Source: Chiloscyllium plagiosum (Eukaryota). From it: a stretch of DNA of 36,706 bases. Positions 1-13,850 of this stretch are shown piece by piece (positions within the stretch are counted from its first letter, which is position 1; every line of letters starts with the position of its first letter). The stretch is from the NCBI RefSeq assembly GCF_004010195.1, contig NC_057755.1, forward strand, positions 10,580,685-10,617,390, given 5' to 3'. A program made the position numbers and the translations under genes. Below the pieces are notes generated by a model, which ran no database searches, had not been told where the DNA came from, and saw nothing but the letters and a program-made list of their open reading frames with translations.

Positions 1-3000
1 CTTTTTTGATCTGTCCTTTTATGTTCCTTCCTAATTCCATCCATTCATCGTCTCTTTTTCGATTCTTCCTTCCTTCCATCCGACATCTCTTTTTCGATCC
101 TGCCTTCCTTCAATCCGTCAGTTCCATCATCTGTTTTTCGATCCATCCTGCCTTTCATCCATCAGCCCATTAGCGATCTTTACTTTCTTCCATTCATCAT
201 CTCTTTGTTGATAATTCCTTCCTTCCTTCCATCCATGCATCATCTATTTTTGGATAATGCCTTCCTTCAATCCACCAACTCTTTTTGACCCTGCCCTCAT
301 TGCATTCATTCTTCCTTCTAAATGTCATCACTGTTTCGATTCTTCCTGCCTTCTGTCCTTCCTTCCATCCATCATCAGTTTTCGATCCTTTCTTCAAGCT
401 ATTATCTCTTTATCGATCTTCAACTCTTTTTGACCCTGCCCTCATTGCATTCATTCTTCCTTCTAAATGTCATCACTGTTTCGATTCTTCCTGCCTTCTG
501 TCCTTCCTTCCATCCATCATCAGTTTTCGATCCTTTCTTCAAGCTATTATCTCTTTATCGATCTTTCCTTGCTATTGTCATTCCAACCATCATCTAATAT
601 TTCTATACTTCCTTCCTTGTTCCTTCCTTCCATCTATTTATCGTCAATTTTTGATACCCTCTTCCTTCCTTTCGTACTTCCGTCCATCCATCAACTCTTT
701 TTCAATCCTTCCTTCCTTCCTTCAATTAATCCATCATCCCTTGTTCGATTATTACTTCCTTCCCTTCTTACTTCGATCCATCCATCATTGCTCTCTCAGT
801 CCTTCCTTCCATCCTTCCTCCGTGCCATTCATCCTCACTATTTCCATCTACCCCTCCTTCCTTCCATCCTTCCTTCCATCAATCCATCATCTCTTTTTTG
901 ATCCTTCCGTCCATCCTTCCATCCATCATCACTTTTTCGATCCTTTCTTCCTTCCTTCCTTCTATCTATAATCTATTTTTGATTCTTCCTTCCATCCTTT
1001 CTTCCATCCATCACCTCCTTTTCGATCCTTCGTTCCTGTCTTCCTTCTATCCCTCATCTCTTTTTCGATCATTCCTTCCTTTCTTCTTTGCTTCCTTCGT
1101 TTCATCCATCATCTCTTTTTCGCACCTACCATTCTTCATTCATTCCTTCCTTCAATTCATCCATCCTTCTTTCCATCCTTGCTTCCTTCCATCAACTTTT
1201 TCGATCATTCCTTCCGTCCGTCCTTCCATCCATCTTCTCTTTTTCGATTCTACATTACTTCCTTCTTTTTTCCTTTTTATCCAACATCTCTTTTTCGATT
1301 GTTCCTTTCTTCCATCCTTACTTCCATCCTACCTTCCATCCTTCCTTCTATTTATCATCTCTTTTTAGATCTACCCTTCCTGGATTCCTTCCTTCCTTTC
1401 TACTTTCCATCCATCCATCCTTGCTTTTTCGTTCCTTTCTTCCCGCCATCCAACATCTCCTTTTTCCATCATTCATTCCTTCCTTCCATCCATCTTCTCT
1501 TTTTCGATCCTACATTACTTCCTTCCTTTCTCCTTACTTTTTATCCACCATCTCTTTTTCCATTCTTCCTTCCTTCCATTCTTTCTTCCGTCCTACCTTT
1601 CATCATTTCTTCCATCCATCATCTCTTTTTAGATCTCTCCATCCGAGGTTCCTTCCTTCCGTTCTGCATTCCATCCATCCTTCCTCGCTTTTTCGTTCCT
1701 TCCTTCTGCCATCCAGCATCTCCTTTTCGATCCTCCCTCCCTTCCTTCCTTCCTTCCATCCATCATCTCTTTTTCGATCCTTCCATCCATCAATAAATAA
1801 CCTCTTTATTAATTATTCCTTCTGTTCTTCAATTATCCCTTCGATCCATCCATCATCTCTTTTTCAGTCCATCATTCCTTCCATCCATTATCTCCTTTTC
1901 AATCCTACCTTCCTTTTATCCATTATCTCTATTTCTGTTCTCCTGCCTTCAATCCATCATCTCCTTTTCTATCTTTACTTTGTTCCATCCATCATCTATT
2001 TTCTGATCCTTCCTTCCTTCCATCCATCTTCTTCGTCGATCCTTCCTTCTTTCGTTCCTTCCAGCTATCATCTCCTTTTCGATCCTTCCATCCTTCCATC
2101 CATCATCTCTTTATCGATCCTTCCTTCCATGTTCCTTTCTTTGTTCCATCCATTCATTATCTTTTTTGTGATCCTTCCTTCCAACTATCATGTCTTTTTC
2201 GATCCTTCCTACCTTCCTTCCATGCATCATCTATTTTTGGATCCTTCCTTCATTCCTTCAATCCATCATCTCTTTTTCGATCCTGCCCTCCTTGCATCCA
2301 TCTATCATTTATTTTTCGATCCTTCCTTCCTTCTTGCTTTCCTTCCAACATCTCTTTTTCGATCATTCCTTCCTTGCCTCCTTCATCCATCTTCTCTTTT
2401 CCGATCCAACATTCCTTCCTTACTTTCTCCTTCCTTTTTATCCATCATCGATTTTTTGATTGCTCCTTCCTACCACCCTTTCTTCCATCCTTCCTTCCAT
2501 CCTTCTTTCCATCCATCAACTCTTTTTCGATCTTTCCTTCCTTCCTTCCTTCCTTCCATCCATATTCTCTTTTAGGATCCTACATTACTTCCGTCCTTTC
2601 TCCTTCCTTTTTATCCATTGTCTCTTTTTTCGATTCTTCCTTCTTTGCATCCAACATCTCTTTTTCGATTCTGCCTTCCTCCTGTCCGTCAGATCCATCA
2701 TCTCTTCTTCGATCCATCCTGCCTTCCATCTATCAGCTCATTAGCGATCCTTCCTTTCTTCTATCCATCATCTCTTTTTTTGATCCTTCTTTCCTCCCTT
2801 TCTTTCTTCCTTCATTCATCTTCTTTTCCGTCCTTCCTTCCTTCCATTCATCCATCCACCGTCTCTTCTTCTATCCATGCTTCCGTCCTTTCATCCCCAC
2901 TTCCTTCCCTCCATCCACCATCTCTTTTTCGATCCGTCATTCCTTCAATCCATCCATCATTTTTTTTTATCCTTCATTGCTTCCTTCCTTCCTTCCATCC

Positions 3001-5200
3001 ACCATTGCGTTTTCGATCCTTCCTTACATCCTTCATGTATTTTGCGATCCGTCCTTCCTTCCATCCAAAATCTCATTTTCAATTCATCCATCCTTCTTTC
3101 CTTCCATTCATAATGTCTTTTTCGATCTTGCCTTCCTTGCATCATTCCAACCTCGCGTGTTTGACGATTCCTTCCTTCCACCCTTCCATCCGTCTCATCT
3201 TTGTTGACCCTTCCTTCCATCCATCAATCATCTCTGTTTCGATCCTTCTTTGCTTACTTCCTTCTTGCCATCCATCTTCTGTTTTTCGATCATCCCTTTG
3301 ATCCATCCGTCATCTCTTTTACAACCCTTCAGTCCTTCCATCCATCGTCTCATTTTCTGTCTTTACTTCGTTCCATCCATCATCTATTTTCTGATGCTTC
3401 CTTCCTTCCGTCCATCAATCATCTTCGTCGATCCTTCCGTCTTTTGTTCCTTCCATCTATCCTCTCTTTTTTGATAATTCATTCCTTCCATCCATCATCT
3501 CTTTATCGGCCCTTCCTTCCATGTTCCTTTCTTCATTCCATCCATTCATCATCTCTGCTGTGATCCTTCATCCCATACATCATCTTTTTTTGATCCTTCC
3601 TTTTTGTTCCTTCTTAATTCCATCTACCCAACATAACTTTTTCGATCCTTCCGTTCTTACTTCCAACCATCATCTCTTTGTCGAACCATCCTTCCTTTCA
3701 TCCATCAATCATCTGTGTTTTGATCCTTTTTTGCTTCCTTCCTTCTGGCCATCCATCAAGCTTCTATGTTTTGATCCTTCTTTGCTTCCTTCCTTCTTGC
3801 CATCCATCTTCTGTTTTTCAATGGCTCCTCGATCCATTAATCATCTCTTTTTCAATCTTTCCTTCCTTCCACCCATCATCTCCTTTTCAATCCAACCTTC
3901 CTTCCATTCATAATCTCTACCTCTGATCTCCTTCCTACCATCCATCACCTCTTTTTCTATCCTTACTTCACTCCATCCATCATCTCTTTTCTGATCCTTC
4001 CTTCCATCGATCATTTCTATTTAATCCTTCCTTCCATTCGTCATCTCTTTTTTCGATCCTCCCTTCCTTCCATCCATCATCTTCATCGATCCCCCCTTAT
4101 TTCCTTCCTTCCATCTATTATCTCCTTTTCGATCCTTCCTGCCTTCCATTCATCATCTATTTGTCGATCGTTCCTTCCTACCTTCCCTCCATTCATCATC
4201 CCTTTATTGATCCTTCCTTCCATGTTTCCATCCATTATCATCTCTTTTTCGATCCTTCCTTTTTTGTTCCTTCTTATTTCCACCCATCCATCATCTTCCA
4301 TCCATATTCTCTTTTAGGATCCTACATTACTTCCGTCATTTCTCCTTCCTTTTTATCCATTGTCTCTTTTTTCGATTCTTCCTTCTTTGCATCCAACATC
4401 TCTTTTTCGATTCTGCCTTCCTCCTGTCCGTCAGATCCATCATCTCTTCTTCGATCCATCCTGCCTTCCATCTATCAGCTCATTAGCGATCCTTCCTTTC
4501 TTCTATCCATCATCTCTTTTTTTGATCCTTCTTTCCTCCCTTTCTTTCTTCCTTCATTCATCTTCTTTTCCGTCCTTCCTTCCTTCCATTCATCCATCCA
4601 CCGTCTCTTCTTCTATCCATGCTTCCGTCCTTTCATCCCCACTTCCTTCCCTCCATCCACCATCTCTTTTTCGATCCGTCATTCCTTCAATCCATCCATC
4701 ATCTTTTTTGTTCCTTCATTGCTTCCTTCCTTCCTTCCATCCACCATTGCGTTTTCGATCCTTCCTTACATCCTTCATGTATTTTGCGATCCGTCCTTCC
4801 TTCCATCCAAAATCTCATTTTCAATTCATCCATCCTTCCTTCCTTCCCTTCATAATGTCTTTTTCGATCCTGCCTTCCTTGCATCATTCCAACCTCGCGT
4901 GTTTGACGATTCCTTCCTTCCACCCTTCCATCTGTCTCATCTTTGTTGACCCTTCCTTCCATCCATCAATTATCTCTGTTTCGATCCTTCTTTGCTTACT
5001 TCCTTCTTGCCATCCATCTTCTGTTTTTCGATCATCCCTTTGATCCATCCGTCATCTCTTTTACAACCCTTCAGTCCTTCCATCCATCGTTTCCTTTTCT
5101 GTCTTTACTTCGTTCCATCCATCATCTATTTTCTGATCCTTCCTTCCTTCCGTCCATCCATCATCTTCGTCGTTCCTTCCTTCTTTTGTTCCTTCCATCT

Positions 5201-5862
5201 ATAGAACATAGAACATAGAACATAGAAGAATACAACGCAGTACAGGCCCTTCGGCCCTCGATGTTGCGCCGATCCAAGCCCACCTAACCTACACTAGCCC
5301 ACTATCCTCCATATGCCTATCCAATGCCCGCTTAAATGCCCATAATGAGGGAGAGTCCACCACTGCTACTGGCAGGGCATTCCATCAATTCACGACTCGC
5401 TGAGTAAAGAACCTACCCGTAACATCTGTCCTATACCTACCACCCCTTAATTTAAAGCTATGCCCCTTGTAATAGCTGACTCCATACGTGGAAAAAGATT
5501 CTCACTGTCGACGCTACCTAAACCCCTAATCATCTTGTACACCTCTATCAAGTCACCCCTAAACCTTCTTTTCTCCAATGAAAACAACCCCAAGTGCCTC
5601 AGCCTTTCCACATACGATCTTTCCACCATACCAGGCAACATCCTGGAAAACCTACTCTGCACCCGTTCCAGTGCCTCCACATCCTTCCTATAATATGGCG
5701 ACCAAAACTACACACAATACTCCAGATGCGGCCGCACCAGAGTCTTATACAACTGCAAAATGACCTCAGTACTCCGGAACTCAATTCCTCTACCAATAAA
5801 AGCCAGTACGCCATATGCCTTCTTCACCGCACTATTTACCTGGGTGGCAACTTTCAAAGATC
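5201..5862 (-). mobile_element. 5'-truncated CR1/HER1-type LINE (3' end of ORF2, 3' UTR and tail)
   Basis: Minus-strand translation 'RSLKVATQVNSAVKKAYGVLAFIGRGIEFRSTEVILQLYKTLVRPHLEYCV...EALERVQSRFSRMLPG...LGLFSLEKRRFRGDLIEVYKMIRG' matches the CR1 ORF2 C-terminus. A (TAGAACA)n tail lies at 5201-5227. Confidence 0.93.
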
Positions 5863-8800
5863 TCTTTTTTCGATCCTCCCTTCCTTCCATCCATCATCTT
5901 CATCAATCCCCCCTTATTTCCTTCCTTCCATCTATTATCTCCTTTTCGATCCTTCCTGCCTTCCATTCATCATCTATTTGTCGATCTTTCCTTCCCACCT
6001 TCCCTCCATTCATCATCCCTTTATTTATCCTTCCTTCCATGTTTCCATCCATTATCATCTATTTTGTGATCGTTCCTTCCCTCCATTCATCATCTCTTTT
6101 TCGATCCTTCCTTTTTTGTTTTTCTTAATTCCACCCATCCATCATCACTTTTTTGATTCTTTCTTCCTTCCATCCAACATCTCTTTTTCGATTCTTCTTT
6201 CCTTCCGTCCGTCAGATCCATCATCTTTTTTTTATCCATCATGCCTTCCATTTGTCAGCTCATTTGCGATCCTTCCTTTCTTCCATCCATCATCAATATT
6301 TTGATTCTTTCTTCTATCCATCATCTCTTCTTTTGGTCCTTCCTTCCTACCTTCCTTCCATTCATTCATCTACTGTATCTTCTTCGATCCTTGCTTCCTC
6401 CTTGCATCCTCACTTCCTGCCATTCATCCATCATCTCTTTTTCGATCCTTCAATCCATCGACCATTTATTTCGATCCTTCATTGCTTCCTTCCTTCCATC
6501 CATCATTGCGTTTTCGACTCTTCTTTCCATCCGTCTTGTCTTTATCGATCCGTCCTTCATTCCATCCAACATCTCATTTTCGAACCATCCTTCCTTCCTT
6601 CCTTCCATGCATCATCTTCATCGATCCCCCCTTATTTCCTTCCTTCTATCTATTATCTCTTTTTCGATCCTTCCTGCCTTCCATTCATCATCTATTTGTC
6701 GATCTTTCCTTCCCACCTTCCCTCCATTCATCATCCCTTTAGTGATCCTTCCTTCCATGTTTCCATCCGTTCATCATCTCTTTTGTGATCGTTCCTTCCC
6801 TCCATTCATCATCTCTTTTTCGATCCTTCCTTTTTTGGTCCTTCTTAATTCCACCCATCCATCGTCACTTTTTTTGATTCTTTCTTCCTTCCATCCAACA
6901 TCTCTTTTTCGATCCATCATGCCTTCCATCTGTCAGCTCATTTGCGATCCTTCCTTTTTTCCATCCATCATCACTTTTTCGATCCTTTCTTCTATCCATC
7001 ATCTCTACTTTCGGTCCTTCCTCCCTGCCTTCCTTCCATTCATCCATCTACTGTATCTTCTTCGACCCTTGCTTCCTACTTGCATCCTCACTTCTTGCCC
7101 TCCATCCATTATCTCTTTCTCGGACCTTCATTCCTTCAATCCATTGATCATCCTTTTTCGATCTCTTCATTGCTTCCTTCCTTCCATCCATCATTGCGTT
7201 TTCGATCCTTCCTTCCATCCGTCATGTCTTTATTGATCCGTTCTTCATTCCATCCAACATCTCATTTTTGAACCATCCTTCCTTCTTTCCTTCCATGCAT
7301 CACCTATTTTTCGACCCTGCCTTCCTTGCATCATTCTAACATCTCATTTTGATAATTCCGTCCTTCCTTCCTTCCATCCACCTTCTCTGTTTCGATCTTT
7401 CATTCCTTACTTCCTTTCTTCCTTCCTTTTTATCCATCTTCTCGTTTTCGATTCTTCCTTCCATCCATCTATTCTTCCATCCTTCCGTCCAACATTCCTT
7501 CCATCTATCATCTCTTTTTCGATCTCTCCTTCATTCATTCCTTCCCTCCATTCTGCCTTCCATCCATCCATCCATCCTCGCTTTGTCGTTCTTTCCTTTC
7601 ATCCATCCATCATCTTTTTTTATCCTTCCGTCCATCCATTATCTGTTTTTCGATCCTTCCTTCTTTCCATCATCTCTTTTTCGATGTTTCCTTCCTTCCA
7701 TCCATCATCGCTTTTTTGATACTTCCTGCCTTCCATCATCACTTTTTCGATCCTTCCTTTTTTCCTGCCTTCCATTATCTCTTTCTCGATTTCTCCTTCT
7801 TTGTTGCTTCCTTCCATTATCTCTTTTACGATCCTTCCTTCCTTCATTCTTTCCTTCCATCCTTCCTTCCATCCATCCTTCCATCCATCCTTCCAACGTT
7901 CCTTCCATCCAAAATCACATTTTCGATGTCTCCTTCCTTCATTCCTTCCTTCCATTCTGCCTTCGATCAATCCATCCTCGCTTTGCGTTCCTTCCTTCCA
8001 GCCATCATCGCTTTTTGATCATTCCTTCTTTCCAACCATTATCTGTTTTACGATCCGTCCTTCCTGCCATCATCTCTTTTTCGATCCTTCCTTCCTTCAT
8101 CCATCATCTTTTCTTCGATCTCTCCTTCATTGTTCTTTCCATCCTTTATTCCTTCCTTTTATCCATCATCTCTTTTTCGATTCTTCCTTCCATCCATCCT
8201 TTCTTCCAACCTTTCTTCCATCACTCCTTCCATCTATCGTCTCCTACTTCGATCTCTCCTTCATTCGCTCCTTCCTTCCATTCTGCCTTCCATCCATTCA
8301 TCTTTGCTTTGACGTGCCTTCCTTCCATCCATCCATTATCTTTGTTTGATCCATCCTTCCTTCCAGCCATTATCTGTTTTTCAGTCCTTCCTTCCGTCAA
8401 TCATCTTTTTTTGATACTTCCTTCCTTCCATCATCTCTTTTTCGATCAAACTTCTTTCCTGCCTTCCATTATCTCTTCTTCTTTCCTTCCTTGTTCCTTT
8501 CTTCCATTATCCGTTTTCCGATCCTTCCTTCTTTCCATTCATCCTTTTTTCTGTCCATCCTTCCACCATTTCTTCCATTCATCATCTCATTATCGATCTC
8601 TCCTTCCTTCATTCCTTCCTTCCATTCTGCCTTCCATCCATCTTTACTTACTTTGTCGTTCCTTCCTTCCATCCATCATCTCTTTTTGATCCTTCCTTCC
8701 TTCCATCCATTGTCTGTTTTACGATCCTTCCTGCCTTCCATCATCTCTTTTTCGATTCTTCCTTCCATTATCCATTATCTTTTTTTGATCTCTCCTTCGT

Positions 8801-9236
8801 TGTTCTTTCCTTCCTTTCTTCCTTCATTTTTATCCATCATTTCTTTTTCGATTCTTCCTTCCATTCATCCTTTTTTCACTCTTCCTTTCAACATTCCTTC
8901 CATCTATCGTCTCTTCTTCGATCTCTCCTCCATTCATTCCTTCCTTCTATTCTGCCTTCCATTCATCCATCCTTGCTTTGTCGTTCCTTCCTTCCATTCA
9001 TCCAACATCTTTTTTGATCCATCCTTCCTTCCATCCATTATCTGTATTTCGATGTTTCCTTCCTTCCATCATCTCTTTTTCAATATTTCCTTCCTTCCAC
9101 CCATCCATCTATCATCCCTTTTACGATCCTTCCTTCCTTCCATCTATCATCCCTTTTTCGACCCTTCCTTCCTTTTATCCGTCACTGCTTTTTCGATCCT
9201 TCCTTCCCTCCTTCTATCGATCGTCTCTTTACGAGC

Positions 9237-10081
9237 CCAAAAGAGAAAAATGCTGGAAAATCTCAGCAGGTCTGGCAGCATCTGTAAGGAGAGAAAAAAG
9301 CCGACGTTTGACCTTTGTCAAAGCTAAAAATAGGGACAAATTGTAAGGTATTTATACCAGGCTGAGAGAAGGCGAGTCATGGCTCACAAAGGTAGCGATA
9401 AAGAGGTGATAGTAACAGTGTATAGAGAGATTATAGGAAGATTAGGAGCTGTGAATGACCAAGACTGAAGACACTGCTATGTGACAAAATATGTGGTGGA
9501 TTTGGGGGATGGGTGAAGCAGAGTCAAAATGGAAAACAGGGGAGAAGGTAGCAAGGGGAAAGAGGAGAAGAAAAGGGTGATGAGAGAGTGGGGAGCGAGA
9601 GAAAGAGAGACAATCAAGAAATAATTGAAGAACAGTGAAAAAAATACAAAAAAGATAAATAAAATAAATGAAATAAAATTATGGAGCAGAATGAAAACAA
9701 AATGGTCGAGATGGGATAATCATCTGAACTTGTTGAATTCAATGTTGAGATCTGCAGGCTGTAACATGCCGAGTCGGAAGATGTTCCTCCAGTTTGCATT
9801 GAGCTTGACTGGAACATTGCAGCAGGCCAAGAACAGACATGTGGGTGTGGCAGCAGGATTGTGTGTTGAAGTAGCACATTACAGCCTGCCGGTCTGAACA
9901 CCTTCCCTAAACCTAGTATAAATGCCTCCCTATTTCTCCCTTTTTGTAGCTTTGACAAAGGGTCAGTTAGACTCGAAACGTCAGCTCTGTTCTCTCCTTA
10001 CGGATGCTGCCAGACCTGCTGGGTTTGTCCAGCATTTTCTCTTTTGGTTTCAGATTCCAGCATCCGCAGTAATTTGCTTTA
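9237..10081 (-). mobile_element. Penelope-like element fragment (GIY-YIG C-terminus) between inverted pseudo-LTR copies
   Basis: Minus strand ~9845-9722 reads HMSVLGLLQCSSQAQCKLEE..FRLGMLQPADLNIEFNKFR with a small indel. 9237-9362 is approximately the reverse complement of ~9910-10046. Confidence 0.8.
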
Positions 10082-12511
10082 ATCTCCTTTATGATCCTTC
10101 CTTCCTTGTACCTTCCTTACTTCCATCCAACATCTCTTTTCTGATCTTTCCATCCTTCCATCCATCATCTCTTTTTCGATTCCTCCTTATTTCCATCCAT
10201 CCGTCATCTCTGTTTTTATTTTCCAATCACCAATCCCTAATTTGTCGATTGTCCCTTTGATACATCCATCATCTCTTTCTTCAATCCTTCCTTTTTCCTG
10301 CCATCCATTATCTCCTTTTCAATCCTACCATCCGTCCATCCATTATCTCCATTTCTGTCCTTGCCACCTTCCATCCATCAGCTTCAGTTCTATCATTTCT
10401 TCGTTCCATCCATCATCTATTTTCCGTTCTTTCCTTCCTTCCCTCCAACCATCATCTTAGTCAATCCTTCCTTCCTTCCATTCATCATCCCTTCTTCGAT
10501 TCTTCCTTCCTTCCATCCATCATCTCTGTCGATCCATCCTTCCTACCTTCCTTCCATCCATCATCACTTTTACGATCCTTCCTTCCATTCATAAACTCTT
10601 TCGCGATCCCGTCTTCCTTCCATCCAACATCTCTTTTTCGATCCTGCCATCCTTCATTCCATACATCATCTCTTTGTCGACACTTCCTTCCTTCCATCCA
10701 TCAATTATCTCCGTTTCAATCCTTCCATGTTCCTTTCTTCATTCCATCCATTCATCATCTCCTTCGTTATTCTTCCTTCCTTCCATCCATCATTTCTTTT
10801 TCAATCCTTCCTTCCGTCCATCCATTAAATATATTTCTGTACTTCTTCCTTCCATCCATCACCTCCTTTTCTACCCTCCCTTCCTTACAACCAGCATGTC
10901 TTTTCTATCCTTCCTTCCTTCCCTCCATCCATCATCTCTTTTGCGATTCTTCCTTCCTTCCATGCATAATCTCTTTTTCGATCCTTCCTTCCATCCAACA
11001 TCTCTTTTTCGATCCTGCCCGTCGTTCCTTCCATCCATCATCTCTTTGTCGACACTTCCTTCCTTTCATCCATCAATTATCTCTGTTTCAATCCTTCTTT
11101 GCTTCCTTTCTTCTTGCCACCCATCTTCTGTTTTCCAATCGCCCCTTCGATCCATCCATCATCTCTTTTTCAATCCTTCCTTCCTTCCTTCCATCCGTTA
11201 TCACCTTTTCCATCCTACATTCCTTCCATCCATTATCTCTATTCATGTTCTCCTTCCTTTCATCCATCACCTCCTTTTTGGATCCTTCCTTCCTTCCATG
11301 ATGTTCGTTGATCCTTCTTTCATTCATCCTTCCATCTATCATCTCTTTTTCGATCCATCCTTCCATTCATCGTCGCTTTCTCAATCCTTCCTTCCCACCT
11401 TCCCACCATCCATTGTCTCTTTATCGATTCTTCCATCCATGTTCCTTTCTTCATTCCATCCATTCATTATCTCCTTTGTGCTTATTCCTTCCGTCCTTTT
11501 ATTCATCATCTCTTTTTCAATTCTTCCTTCCATCCAAGAAATCTATTTCTGTTCATCTTCCTTCCACCAATCATCTCTTTTTCGTTCCGTCCTTCCTTCC
11601 ATCATCACTTTTTCGATCATTCCTTCTTTGCTGCCAACTATCATCTCACTTTCGATCTCTCCTTCCGTGATCCTTCATTCCTTCCTTCCATCCATCATCT
11701 CCATTACGATCCTTCCTTCTTTGTTCCACCTTTCCTTCCATCCATCATCTCTTTTTCGATCCTTCATTTCTTTCATCCATCCATCACTTCATTCCAATCC
11801 GTTCTTCCTTCCTTCCTTCCACACATAATCTATTTTCGGATCCTTCCGTCCAGCCATCATCTCTGACTCGATCCTGCCTTTCTTGCATCCTTCCAACATC
11901 TCGTTTTTGATCATTCCTTCCTTTCTTCCTTCCATCCATCTTCTCTTCTTCGATCCTTCCTTCCTTCCTTTTCATCCATCATCACTTTCTCAATTCTCCC
12001 TTCCATCCATCTATTCTTCCATCCATCCTTCCAACATTCCTGCCCATCCATCATCTAATTTTCGATCTCTTCTTCCAACATTCCTTCCTTCCATTCTGCC
12101 TTCCATCCATCTATCCTCGCTTTGTCATTCCTTCCTTCCATCCATCCATCATCTCTTTTTGATCCTCCTCCTTACCATCCACTATCTCTTTTACGATCCT
12201 TCATTCGTTCCTTCCCTCACTTCTTTTCGATGTTTCCTTCCTTCCATCCATCGTATTGTTTTCAATCTCCCTTCGTTTTTCCTTTCTTCCTTCCTTCCAT
12301 CCATCATCTCCTTTACAATCCTTCCTTCCTTGTTCCTTCCTTCCTTCCATTCATCATCTCTATTTCGATGTTTCCTTTATTGGATCCATCATGACTTTTT
12401 GATCCTTCCTTCCCTCCTTCCATCCATCGTCTCTTTTAAAGTCCTTCCTTACTTGTTTTTCCTTGCTTCCATCCAACATCTCTTTTTCGATCCTTCCTTC
12501 CTTCCACCCAT

Positions 12512-13011
12512 NNNNNNNNNNNNNNNNNNNNNNNNNNNNNNNNNNNNNNNNNNNNNNNNNNNNNNNNNNNNNNNNNNNNNNNNNNNNNNNNNNNNNNNNN
12601 NNNNNNNNNNNNNNNNNNNNNNNNNNNNNNNNNNNNNNNNNNNNNNNNNNNNNNNNNNNNNNNNNNNNNNNNNNNNNNNNNNNNNNNNNNNNNNNNNNNN
12701 NNNNNNNNNNNNNNNNNNNNNNNNNNNNNNNNNNNNNNNNNNNNNNNNNNNNNNNNNNNNNNNNNNNNNNNNNNNNNNNNNNNNNNNNNNNNNNNNNNNN
12801 NNNNNNNNNNNNNNNNNNNNNNNNNNNNNNNNNNNNNNNNNNNNNNNNNNNNNNNNNNNNNNNNNNNNNNNNNNNNNNNNNNNNNNNNNNNNNNNNNNNN
12901 NNNNNNNNNNNNNNNNNNNNNNNNNNNNNNNNNNNNNNNNNNNNNNNNNNNNNNNNNNNNNNNNNNNNNNNNNNNNNNNNNNNNNNNNNNNNNNNNNNNN
13001 NNNNNNNNNNN
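12512..13011. other. Assembly gap (500 N)
   Basis: Run of N. Confidence 1.
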
Positions 13012-13383
13012 AAGGCTTTTGATAAAACCATACAGTCAATGGATTGAAGATGGCATTTTGTAAATCGGAATGTCTTCACTGGAGTTAAGACATCTTTTAT
13101 GAGCGTGGCATCTCCAAATTCAAGGAGACAATACAATATTTCAAGGAGACCTTTTTGGTTTCTCTCACTTTCCAAGTTGTGCACATAACTGTTGAATTTT
13201 TCTTTCAGCCAGTCTGATACATTTGAAGCTGTTTCAGAGTGTAGTTCTTCACAGTAAAACGCAATCTGTTTCACTGAATTTGGTGATGAGAGGCCAATGA
13301 AACAACGGGAAAAAAATTTAAACCTGTCGTCCATGCAGTTGTGCCATTCAGTAAGTATTTTTTTCACTTGGTCAGCTGGTGTA
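13012..13383 (-). CDS. NLR large exon, distal part (HD2 / transition to LRR), cut by gaps at both ends
   Basis: Open frame 'ADQVKKILTEWHNCMDDRFKFFSRCFIGLSSP...VSDWLKEKF...GLLEILYCLLEFGDATLIKDVL...FTKCHLQSIDCMVLSKA'. It resembles NLR HD2 motifs (RFxxGL, LxxLYCLxE, LxxxDCxxLS). Confidence 0.88.
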
Positions 13384-13850
13384 NNNNNNNNNNNNNNNNN
13401 NNNNNNNNNNNNNNNNNNNNNNNNNNNNNNNNNNNNNNNNNNNNNNNNNNNNNNNNNNNNNNNNNNNNNNNNNNNNNNNNNNNNNNNNNNNNNNNNNNNN
13501 NNNNNNNNNNNNNNNNNNNNNNNNNNNNNNNNNNNNNNNNNNNNNNNNNNNNNNNNNNNNNNNNNNNNNNNNNNNNNNNNNNNNNNNNNNNNNNNNNNNN
13601 NNNNNNNNNNNNNNNNNNNNNNNNNNNNNNNNNNNNNNNNNNNNNNNNNNNNNNNNNNNNNNNNNNNNNNNNNNNNNNNNNNNNNNNNNNNNNNNNNNNN
13701 NNNNNNNNNNNNNNNNNNNNNNNNNNNNNNNNNNNNNNNNNNNNNNNNNNNNNNNNNNNNNNNNNNNNNNNNNNNNNNNNNNNNNNNNNNNNNNNNNNNN
13801 NNNNNNNNNNNNNNNNNNNNNNNNNNNNNNNNNNNNNNNNNNNNNNNNNT
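13384..13850. other. Assembly gap (467 N) inside the NACHT exon
   Basis: Run of N. Confidence 1.

Larger units (their letters stand above)
1..12511. repeat. Degenerate pyrimidine-rich satellite built from CCAT/CCTT/CATC/TTTTCGAT motifs (loose ~30-35 bp unit, e.g. CCATCCATCATCTCTTTTTCGATCCTTCCTT), interrupted by two mobile elements
   Basis: The + strand is almost entirely C/T with recurring TTTTCGATCC. Internal duplications at 276-420/421-565 and ~2557-3460/~4299-5202. It ends at an N gap. Confidence 0.95.

Noticed and set aside
197..12511. Many long S/F/P/H/L/I-rich ORFs (up to 495 aa)
   Set aside because: They overlap in all frames and arise from the scarcity of stop codons in a purine-poor satellite. 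No domain signal.
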